DNA of 25,612 nucleotides, from the NCBI GenBank assembly GCA_049599475.1, contig JBMYOQ010000061.1, positions 1 through 25,612 of the forward strand. The letters are read 5' to 3'. The position numbers were made by a program, and so were the translations under genes. The notes under the pieces are model-generated. The model had not been told where the DNA came from, did no database searches, and saw only the letters and a program-made list of their open reading frames with translations. Below, one piece after another: positions 9,476 through 17,834 of this stretch. The stretch comes from Opitutales bacterium. GTDB lineage: Bacteria; Verrucomicrobiota; Verrucomicrobiia; Opitutales; JABSRG01. Numbering within the stretch: the stretch's first letter is position 1; the number at the start of each line of letters is the position of its first letter.

Positions 9476-10180
9476 CTATTGAGCCTTCGGTATCAATTGT
9501 GGTATCGCAGCCAATTTGATACTACCCGCACGTGCTCCCGGCCTCGGTGAGATGATATACAGCATCCGACGGTCATCTGCGAAATAGATGAAACCTTCAA
9601 ATACGGGTAACGGTTCATCATCACTAGGCAAACTCACCATCATAGCCTTGTAATGCCCCACATCCGAGAGTCGTGGATCCACATCGGTAATTCCCCGTTC
9701 CTGGATGCGGCTGATGTCCCCATCGATGTTCAAGGCAACATCAAAGCTCGCTAGATTTAGGAAGCGATAGGTCCCCACTCCAAAGTCACTCCAATCGTCG
9801 GCAATCGTAAAAATTTCATACGCCTCGGGTGAGTTCGATTTTTCAGATATAAGCAACAAATATTGGCCACTCGTCGCAGGCAATTGGGTCTGGGCGACGG
9901 TCTTGCGTAGGGGGTTGCCAAATTCGTCCAACTGGCTCAGGTTTCGGTAAAGGGTAAGCGTTTGTGCCCCATTATACCGGAACGTTTCAGAGCGCTGCCC
10001 AGGAAAGGCGTACAATGCCCCTTCTTCACCATCGGTCTCATATTTCACATCCATGAGTCGACAATCCAGCGCAATGGCGCTCAGAGTCACAGATACTTCG
10101 TTGCCCAAGACGTATCCACACGGAATCCAGAAAATGGATACGAGCAAAATGCTCCGGAATCTTTCACAAAAATGCTTCAT
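9476..10180 (-). CDS. Exported hypothetical protein (beta-rich), partner of the giant PilX/GspK-like protein
   Basis: Signal-peptide-like N-terminus. ATGA overlap with the upstream stop at 10177-10180. Alternating beta-strand pattern (RSETFRYNG..TLTLY, YLLLI, RFLNLAS, RMLYII). Confidence 0.8.
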   Translation of the reverse strand: MKHFCERFRSILLVSIFWIPCGYVLGNEVSVTLSAIALDCRLMDVKYETDGEEGALYAFPGQRSETFRYNGAQTLTLYRNLSQLDEFGNPLRKTVAQTQLPATSGQYLLLISEKSNSPEAYEIFTIADDWSDFGVGTYRFLNLASFDVALNIDGDISRIQERGITDVDPRLSDVGHYKAMMVSLPSDDEPLPVFEGFIYFADDRRMLYIISPRPGARAGSIKLAAIPQLIPKAQ

Positions 10181-13100
10181 ACTTCGCCCTCCGCTAATTG
10201 ACGAATCGATACAATCTCGAAACGTCGCCCCATTCGCTCAGTTGCTCGATTTTCATCCAAGCCATCCCAATATTCCAGATCACCAGGCCCGACCCCGTTC
10301 TCGGGAGACACCGGCTCGGGAATCCGCTGAACAACCGATTCGAGCCAAACTTTACCCTCAACAGCACCTGTGTCCGGATTGACGCTCTCTCCATAAGATC
10401 GGATGCGGAATGTGTCACTCCTGACCGAAATATGTGACCCAATCGCCTGAAGGACGTCTGCTTGCATCAAATAGGCAGGCGAGGACATGGTCGAACTAAC
10501 GGGATCATCATCTGCCTCCAATATATTTGAGCCATGGGGAAAAACGCCGGTGCTCGCATTCTCCATTGCAGACTGAGTGATTTCAGTGAGGTTTGTCTTA
10601 AGCGCATCATTCAAGCCTGCGCGATCGATTGCAGATTGGATCACCCCTGAGCGTCCAGAAGCCGATGCACTCAATTCCCTGTTTACAAAATCTGCCAAAG
10701 ACAAATAGGGCTCGTTACGCACCGCGACACGTCGCTGTATTTCAGAGACTATCTCCGTTGCCAGACGCTCAATATCATTATCACTCAACGAGCGAAACCC
10801 TGACCATGCTTGATCGGAGCGGTAATTTCCATCCCACTCGCCACCCAGGGGCTGTGAAAAACGTGAGAAAGGCGTATGACCCGCGGTCGGGGAAGTCGCC
10901 GACGTTTGGTCCGATTCAAAGACATCAAAACCCCGAGCCCCCGAGAGTACGGCTCTCCAGGCTTCAACCGATGTCGAGTTTACATTGAATGCACCAGTCA
11001 CCATCAAGTTCTCGGCTGATCGGGCGTGGGCCGCATCATCAATAACATCGCCCAAGAAGAGCTTGGCCCGAACATCCGCGACCGATTCAAACGCATTGGG
11101 GCGCATCTCCATTCGGGAATTTGGAAGGGATTTAAACGGGCCATTCGCAAAGGCATCGTCGAACATACCGGCAACCGAGTCTCCCTGCTCATTATAATCA
11201 TCACTATCCGCGTCGTATGGAATCGAGTATCCAGAGAAAAAATACGAATCCCACAAAGCATCATTCAAATGATATGACAGGTCGTAGAAAATACGCTCAT
11301 TTAAATAGTGGTTCTCGAACACACTGTAGGTTTCTTCTGGATCAATATACAGCGACGCCAGTGAGTTCCCGATAGCAAGCGCCGGCATGTGTGCGTGCAC
11401 ACTGAGGTTGGCGTGCTGAAGTTTCCCAAGAGAGAGGACTGGAGCCGTCGGCAGCTCGATCATGACTGGGTTTGCGACGCCTCCAAACGAACCATCCGTC
11501 GGCCCCCAGAAATTCATATTCGCAGCGAGTCCAGGTACGGAGGCATCATCTCCGACCCGCACCGACAAATCAGGACTGATCTTTGCAAAACCTGTAGAAT
11601 TCTCCAAGAAATCATCAGGAGGGAGCAGGTTTTTACTATCTCTTACGGGCGCCAAGGGGTTCGAGCGAACAAATGCTGGGTAACGCATCGAATCGGCGGA
11701 CTCGGCAGGAGTTAGCAGCATATCTACTGTGACGATGGGCTGCGGTGTCTGGGCGGAATTCGCAGCATCAATCACAGAGGGCGAGAGAACAAATTCATTC
11801 GCGGAAAGGTCCTGAGGAAACCCATAAAATCCCGCTTCATTCGAAGGCGTATAGGACAGCCCGCCGGAGTAGTCTTGCCCCGGGAATAGCAAGGCGGTAT
11901 CAACGACAGACGCCATCGGCCAATGATCTTTAGTAAACTCTCCATTACTATCCGCATTTCCGTCCTGACGTAAGGACGTCGCGAAAAGATTCATGGTCAT
12001 ACTGTAATTGTAATTCCCATGGAACCCCGCAAACACATTACCACCGTGCAAATGAGAACCTGTCGTTTTCAACACGTAGGAGTCTGCGGGGGTGGCTGGA
12101 TACTCGAATAAAAAGGGGCTGCGAGAGAAATTATTAAACTTATAGTGGTGCCACGACGGATCGAGTCCCTCCGTCGCAAAGGCCAAAGAAGCGCCCGGAG
12201 TATATCCACTTGCCGCAAATGTCTTAATTTCCCCAGGCCCAAACGTATCATCACCTTGAATACGTATCTGCCTGAATGAATTATGAAAATACGTCGACTT
12301 GTTGCGCTGAACGTTACCGTTGTTGAGGCGACTCAAGCCATCCACTTCGCTTGAATCATAGTGGTAAAAATGGCTATCATTGCCTGACAGGTCTTTGAGG
12401 CCAAAACCAATATCGAATGCAGACGAATCCACTGCGATTTCAGAATGCCGTATGCTTACGTTGTAAGGGTTATGCATGATGAAACGCTCACGATTCACCA
12501 CGTTCATACTGTAAACGTGATTGGGGTCCGCCCCCATCGGTGTATATGTCTTACTGGTGTCGCGCGCTCTGAACCAAAGGGCAGTTTCACTGATAAACCT
12601 TAGCATATACGGCATGTAGTTACCGGTGACCATAACGGGCATGGTAGAGCCCTCTTCAGTACGACCGCCTCCTCGCAACGGATCCCCAGCAACGTCCATC
12701 AAAATTGGATCAGAATCAAACATTCTGAAGTCCACAACGGCTCCATCAGACACCGGACTGCCATTGGGATAATTATCACGATTCGGGTCTCCTATGATTC
12801 CTGAGCTGCGCAACATCACATGGGTCGAGCCGGTATTTCCCCCAGCCTGATTTCCGCTATGATTGAAGAATTTCGCCTTTCCTCCAGCCATCATCACAGC
12901 GGGCTGCTGGTCAATAGGGATACCCGTGGCATTGAGCTGCGAGAAATTATTGGAGAGGTCTAGCTCAAGCTCACCATGGTTTAAATTGGGGCCAAACACC
13001 CGTGCATCCAATGTGGGATCTGTCATGGGCTTTTCCATCTCATGATACAGGCGATAATAATCCCGGAGCATATGCCACGTGGGGCCATGCGCATCCCAGC

Positions 13101-14136
13101 CGGTGCTATTACCTACCCAAAAAATGGGTTGCACAATACCATAACCCGGAGCATCCATCGTTGATGCGCCACCCGCCGCATAGACCGAGCGGTTGAATCC
13201 CGCATCGTCCATCTCGAAGGCAAGGGACAGGTCCTTTTTCAGCCCGCCCTTTCGGACATCTGAAAGCACCCCACGTGAATGAGACGTAAGGCCATGAAAA
13301 TAGAGATCCGTCCCTGTGTCGCTATCAGGGATCAGTAAACGCACGGTATCGAGATTCGGGAGACGATTTGCATTGGACTCAAAGTCCACACCTGCCAATC
13401 CTGCCAAGATCGAAGGGTTCGCAATAATGCTCCCTCCAGACTCAAGAACGGCGAGTTGCTTATCGGGCTGACTCGCTTCCTGGACCCGATCCATATTGAT
13501 TCGAGCCTTCATACCCTCATCGCCGACCCACCAAGCATAGCGACCGATCGTATCCCCATCACGATCGATTGTAGTATGCGTCATATCGACGCGTACCTCA
13601 TCGTTTAGATCATCGGCTACACCGTCCATATCGGCATCCGGTAAAGACCCGGCACCCACCAGAACCACGCCCCCGCCTACCTGCGGCTGCGTATTCAAAC
13701 CGCTTATACTGTCCCCAGCGACATCGCGCCCATCGGAAACGAGCCAGAGCATATGATCCCCCTGCTCAAGCGAGAGCTCCGGGACTTCCGCACTCGACCA
13801 AACTCCGACCATATTCTTACGGCTTGGATCACTATCCGCGAGTATATCGGCTCGAGCTGATACACGCTGATCGGCCCCAAGATTTGACTGGAGCTCACCC
13901 AATGCGATCCGCATGCCCAGTACGGCATTTTGATAAGCTTCGCTCTCGGCTGTCACCGATTCTGCTTGGCTTTTCTCGGTCCTTACGACCGATACTACAC
14001 TCAAGATTATCAACAGCAAAAAGGACATCAAGGTGATGCTGATGACCAATGCAAAACCAGCTGAGGTTTGGCGATGTCCGCAGGTAGCAGACGGTGAAAA
14101 AACGGACAAGGGAGCGTAGACAGGTCTCTTTGCCAT
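10177..14136 (-). CDS. Giant (1319 aa) prepilin-like PilX/GspK-type protein, resembling Verrucomicrobia 'Verru_Chthon cassette A'-type proteins
   Basis: Class III signal G27|FALVI followed by a hydrophobic helix, with Ile instead of Glu at +5 as in PilX/GspK. Also YAWWVGDEGMKARIN, GAFNVNSTSVEAW, PYLSLADFVNR, and C-terminal VRSDTFRIRSYG...GRRFEIVS. Confidence 0.8.
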   Translation of the reverse strand: MAKRPVYAPLSVFSPSATCGHRQTSAGFALVISITLMSFLLLIILSVVSVVRTEKSQAESVTAESEAYQNAVLGMRIALGELQSNLGADQRVSARADILADSDPSRKNMVGVWSSAEVPELSLEQGDHMLWLVSDGRDVAGDSISGLNTQPQVGGGVVLVGAGSLPDADMDGVADDLNDEVRVDMTHTTIDRDGDTIGRYAWWVGDEGMKARINMDRVQEASQPDKQLAVLESGGSIIANPSILAGLAGVDFESNANRLPNLDTVRLLIPDSDTGTDLYFHGLTSHSRGVLSDVRKGGLKKDLSLAFEMDDAGFNRSVYAAGGASTMDAPGYGIVQPIFWVGNSTGWDAHGPTWHMLRDYYRLYHEMEKPMTDPTLDARVFGPNLNHGELELDLSNNFSQLNATGIPIDQQPAVMMAGGKAKFFNHSGNQAGGNTGSTHVMLRSSGIIGDPNRDNYPNGSPVSDGAVVDFRMFDSDPILMDVAGDPLRGGGRTEEGSTMPVMVTGNYMPYMLRFISETALWFRARDTSKTYTPMGADPNHVYSMNVVNRERFIMHNPYNVSIRHSEIAVDSSAFDIGFGLKDLSGNDSHFYHYDSSEVDGLSRLNNGNVQRNKSTYFHNSFRQIRIQGDDTFGPGEIKTFAASGYTPGASLAFATEGLDPSWHHYKFNNFSRSPFLFEYPATPADSYVLKTTGSHLHGGNVFAGFHGNYNYSMTMNLFATSLRQDGNADSNGEFTKDHWPMASVVDTALLFPGQDYSGGLSYTPSNEAGFYGFPQDLSANEFVLSPSVIDAANSAQTPQPIVTVDMLLTPAESADSMRYPAFVRSNPLAPVRDSKNLLPPDDFLENSTGFAKISPDLSVRVGDDASVPGLAANMNFWGPTDGSFGGVANPVMIELPTAPVLSLGKLQHANLSVHAHMPALAIGNSLASLYIDPEETYSVFENHYLNERIFYDLSYHLNDALWDSYFFSGYSIPYDADSDDYNEQGDSVAGMFDDAFANGPFKSLPNSRMEMRPNAFESVADVRAKLFLGDVIDDAAHARSAENLMVTGAFNVNSTSVEAWRAVLSGARGFDVFESDQTSATSPTAGHTPFSRFSQPLGGEWDGNYRSDQAWSGFRSLSDNDIERLATEIVSEIQRRVAVRNEPYLSLADFVNRELSASASGRSGVIQSAIDRAGLNDALKTNLTEITQSAMENASTGVFPHGSNILEADDDPVSSTMSSPAYLMQADVLQAIGSHISVRSDTFRIRSYGESVNPDTGAVEGKVWLESVVQRIPEPVSPENGVGPGDLEYWDGLDENRATERMGRRFEIVSIRQLAEGEV

Positions 14137-14306
14137 AATGAGGGGAGATGAGCGCTCTGCTAACGATCAAGTAAAGCAGGCTCTGTGAGGGGATTGGTTA
14201 GTTGCGCAAATCAGGAAGCTAGAACACCAGCATCTCTAAGGGCGCAAACGAGTGAATAAGCGACCCTCACCCTAACACGTTTCTATGCATTCAGCCCGGT
14301 TTATTA

Positions 14307-14336
14307 CGCCAAACACTGGTCAATTTCCGCCAAACA
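14307..14336. promoter_or_regulatory. Direct repeat CGCCAAACA x2 with 21-bp period in a divergent promoter region
   Basis: Exact 9-mers at 14307-14315 and 14328-14336. Confidence 0.35.
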
Positions 14337-14456
14337 AATCACGTCACGATTACAGGTCTTATGAGAAACGATCCTCAGTTTGCCATCGACATTCCGTGAC
14401 ATCACGCCATCGATCGAAGGAAAGATCCTCATTTAATTCTCAATCCGGCTCTCATT

Positions 14457-15893
14457 ATGAAAAAGAAGGTTGTCGCTATCCTACCGTTCATCGTCCTTTT
14501 AATGGAGGTCTTCTTTGGAGCCATCAGCGGACTCGGCGACCCACAAGCTGCGCTCACCTTATTTATGCTCGCGTGGATGGTGTCCTGGTGGATTTTTGAG
14601 ATTCTCCCACTCGGCGTGACGGCCCTGATACCGATGGTGTTTCTTCCGCTAATGAATATCGCCAGCGTGAGAACCGTCGCCCCGATGTACTCGACATCGA
14701 TCATTTACCTATTTCTCGGGGGATTCATTATCGCACGCGCCCTAGAAAAAACAGCGCTCAACGAGCGGATCGCCCTGTGTATCCTTAAGGTTACTGGAAA
14801 ATCTGATCGCGGCATCGTCCTCGGCTTCATCATCGCTACGGCCTTCTTAAGTATGTGGATTAGCAATACAGCCACGACCGTCATGATGGTCCCGATTGCC
14901 CTCTCAGTGATCGGCTTTTTAGAGAGTAATCTCCCCGCAGATAAGACCACCGGACTCAAGAGCATGGCGCTCGTCCTATTCCTTTCGATCGCTTACTCCG
15001 CAAACATTGGCGGTACCATGACCCCCGTAGGCACGCCGCCCAATGTCGTCTTCCTCGGATTTTTAGACGAGATCTATGAAATCACCGTAGACTTCTGGAA
15101 ATGGATGTTGGTGAGCGTGCCGGTCGCCCTATGCCTGCTCCTGATCATGGTTTTCTTTCTTAAATTTGTGTTCCCCTACTCTCTGCCGATCGATCAGAGT
15201 TTCCGGGGCTTTATCCGAGAGAAATTGGCAAACCTAGGAGAGGTGTCGAAAGCACAGAAACTCACTCTGATTATTTTCTCTCTAGTTTGCTCTCTTTGGG
15301 TCTTCAAGGACGCCGTTCATGCGCTCGTTGGCACAAAATTCTTAAACGATACCTCGGTGGCAATCTTAGGGGGCATACTGCTATTCTTAATTCCCTACGA
15401 CCGCAAAGAGAACAAACCCGTTCTAAACATAGATGATATCAAATTCCTTCCCTGGAATATCATGATGCTGTTTGGCGGCGGCATGGCGCTCGCAGGTGCC
15501 TTGAAAGACGCCGGGCTGATACAGGCAACCACCGACTATTTCGAAGCCATGAACATCGGCTCCGAATACTGGCTGGTGTTCGCCCTCGCCCTGGTCACCC
15601 TTTTCCTCACTGAGATTATGAGTAATGTGGCCCTCTGCATGGTCGCCCTACCCGTCATCATGCAGCTTGGAGTCGCCCAGGGAATACCGCCCCTACTGAT
15701 AGGCTTTCCAGCAGCGATCTGCTCAAGCTTCGCCTTTAGCATGCCAATATCGACGCCTCCCAACGCCATCGTTTTCGGGACCAATTATGTTAAAGTCAAA
15801 GACATGCTCAAGGTCGGCATCTTATTGAACTTCATCGGAGTCGGCGTGGTGATGACCGTGGGCTGGTTCCTGGCCAAGAAGTTCTTTATCTAA
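14457..15893 (+). CDS. DASS/SLC13-family Na+:dicarboxylate/sulfate symporter
   Basis: Motifs LFLGGF, SMWISNTAT, GG..TPVGTPPN, PW.I..LFGGG, TEIMSN and STPPNAI; many transmembrane segments. Confidence 0.93.
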   Translation: MKKKVVAILPFIVLLMEVFFGAISGLGDPQAALTLFMLAWMVSWWIFEILPLGVTALIPMVFLPLMNIASVRTVAPMYSTSIIYLFLGGFIIARALEKTALNERIALCILKVTGKSDRGIVLGFIIATAFLSMWISNTATTVMMVPIALSVIGFLESNLPADKTTGLKSMALVLFLSIAYSANIGGTMTPVGTPPNVVFLGFLDEIYEITVDFWKWMLVSVPVALCLLLIMVFFLKFVFPYSLPIDQSFRGFIREKLANLGEVSKAQKLTLIIFSLVCSLWVFKDAVHALVGTKFLNDTSVAILGGILLFLIPYDRKENKPVLNIDDIKFLPWNIMMLFGGGMALAGALKDAGLIQATTDYFEAMNIGSEYWLVFALALVTLFLTEIMSNVALCMVALPVIMQLGVAQGIPPLLIGFPAAICSSFAFSMPISTPPNAIVFGTNYVKVKDMLKVGILLNFIGVGVVMTVGWFLAKKFFI

Positions 15894-15973
15894 AGAGGAG
15901 ATTACGAAAAAGCTTAAAACCACTCGCCGACTAATCCTGTAAAAGGACCTGCCGTCGGATTACGATCGACCAC

Positions 15974-16678
15974 CTACCGCTGATTTGGACGAGTCGGTTG
16001 AGCATCTTCGATCAAAGATAAGCTGGCGATCGCTCCGCGTATCAAGCCCGCATTAGGGTCGCTGAAATTCCTCTCATTTGTGAGATAAAGGATGACAACA
16101 TCATCTCCCGGAGCAAACGAGGACATTTCGTTCCCCGAAAGCTTGGTGCCATTATCGCTTCCCGCGATGACTAAGTATGGCCCCACACCCTTGTTCTTAA
16201 TTTCGAGCATCTTAGTCTGACCATTACAAATTGTTACTTCAGCCTGATTCGTAATTCCGGCAATACCGTCGTAGACCAACATTCCCGCTTTCACACTGCC
16301 AGCCCCCCAGGTCTCTATTTCCCCCAGATCATCCAGGTTATCGTGCGTCACATGACGATACCAAATCTCCACGCTCTTATCATCATTCCCCGCAGTTATT
16401 GCCTTCGACCAGCTCCCCCCTCGGACCGCATGCTTGGCTAAATATTTCCGCTGATCGCAATCAGCAGGGTTTCCATGGCTGAAGGCAACGATAAGAAACT
16501 CTGTAGTATCCACCCGGCTACCTTGATACACAATTTCTTGCCAGCCGCGTGTCTTTCGTTGAATGGATTTTATTTTTCCTAAAAACGTAAAACTGCTCTC
16601 GTCTCGGACATCGCCAAGCAAGAAGGAGCACACTAAAATTTTCAATACAAGGGCAACAGATAAAGGGGATCGTTTCAT
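15974..16678 (-). CDS. Exported hypothetical protein
   Basis: 234-aa ORF with ATG start, preceded by AGGTAG, with a hydrophobic N-terminus and beta-rich composition. It fills the gap between the flanking genes and has no competing long ORF. No family recognised. Confidence 0.65.
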   Translation of the reverse strand: MKRSPLSVALVLKILVCSFLLGDVRDESSFTFLGKIKSIQRKTRGWQEIVYQGSRVDTTEFLIVAFSHGNPADCDQRKYLAKHAVRGGSWSKAITAGNDDKSVEIWYRHVTHDNLDDLGEIETWGAGSVKAGMLVYDGIAGITNQAEVTICNGQTKMLEIKNKGVGPYLVIAGSDNGTKLSGNEMSSFAPGDDVVILYLTNERNFSDPNAGLIRGAIASLSLIEDAQPTRPNQR

Positions 16679-16937
16679 TACTACCTATCAAGATTGTCTA
16701 CCGAATATAAAGAGGCTATTCGATGAGAGTAAGTGAGGGACTATAGATATTCTAATTTTCCTGCCAAACTCCCGAATGTCATGACAACACACTCCGAACA
16801 TTCTGGCACTTATGGAAATGGGTTATCGGTTATAAACCTACCATAATACCATAAGAGTAAAATAACCATACCTACTCAACTCAATCCAGGCTCAGTAATC
16901 ACCCAGGAAACTGAGGGGCTCCCAACTCGCCTAAAAG

Positions 16938-17834
16938 CTATTGCGCCGAGAACTGAATAAGGTTTGCAATATTTGACTCCATCACGGTCATAAAATCCCC
17001 TTCAGCCGGCCGATTGCCACAGGGGTCGAAAACCACGCATTCAATGCCTCTACCGGAGAGAAGGGCTTTCGTTTCGGCCAAAGGCTCACCTTCCCATAAC
17101 ATTATCTTCGATTCACGATTGGAAAGAAGATCGTCCAGCTCCTTTAACTGCTCGGCACCTGGGATTACATCTGGTTCCCAATGAACACTCTCCATGCTCA
17201 GCCCATACCGGCGAGCCAAGTATTGATACACCGGGTGGGACCCAATAATAAATTTCCCTCTAAATGGGGTGAAAGCATCCTTAATCCGAGCATCCAAATC
17301 CAGTAGATCACGTTTTAGGTCGACATAACCCGTGTCCGTGAGCTCCAGCTTTTCGTCGATTACCGAGGCTTGCTGTATCGCCAATCGCATATCAATCCAA
17401 GTCGTAAAGGCGATCGCCCCGTGCGAGTGCATTTCGCCATTTCCATGACTGTGCATCCCGGTCCCATCGACATGTATATAGCGGTCCTTGAAGCCCCGGG
17501 AGGTATTCACAGTCTTGGACACAGGCAACGAGACAGCATGCAGCCACTTCTCATAGTCCGCCCCATTGATGAGAATCCAATTCGCCGTCTGAAAGTCTGC
17601 GATTTGCGCCGGACCCGGTTTCCAGAAAGCGGGATCACCATCTATCTCAGGGAAAACGACCTCATAGGCGTCTCCTACAATCCGTTCTGCAAAGTAGGCC
17701 AAAGGGTAATTCGTCGTGTAAATCACTTTCGCATCTTCCTTTACCCCATCGCTAGCACGTTCGAAGCAGCCTGAAAATAAGAGGCAGCTCGATACGAGGA
17801 GTATACATACCAGTGTCTTATAGATCTTCACCAT
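16938..17834 (-). CDS. ZnuA/TroA-fold (cluster A-I) metal-binding lipoprotein, atypical
   Basis: Lipobox FSG|C23. TTNYPL..FAERIVG, NGA.YEKWL, His-rich loop HSHGNGEMHSHG, H..YQYLARRYGL, and a terminal M..N helix. Confidence 0.88.
   Translation of the reverse strand: MVKIYKTLVCILLVSSCLLFSGCFERASDGVKEDAKVIYTTNYPLAYFAERIVGDAYEVVFPEIDGDPAFWKPGPAQIADFQTANWILINGADYEKWLHAVSLPVSKTVNTSRGFKDRYIHVDGTGMHSHGNGEMHSHGAIAFTTWIDMRLAIQQASVIDEKLELTDTGYVDLKRDLLDLDARIKDAFTPFRGKFIIGSHPVYQYLARRYGLSMESVHWEPDVIPGAEQLKELDDLLSNRESKIMLWEGEPLAETKALLSGRGIECVVFDPCGNRPAEGDFMTVMESNIANLIQFSAQ

Noticed and set aside
10177..14136. Giant ORF as a toxin, RHS, autotransporter or defence protein
   Set aside because: No RHS/YD or RTX repeats, no C-terminal beta-barrel signature, and no nuclease or NTPase motifs. 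The prepilin-like N-terminus explains it better.
16804..16820. Sigma-54 promoter at TGGCAC (also TGGCA at 14-18 and near 21772-21791)
   Set aside because: None has GC at the required GG-N10-GC spacing.
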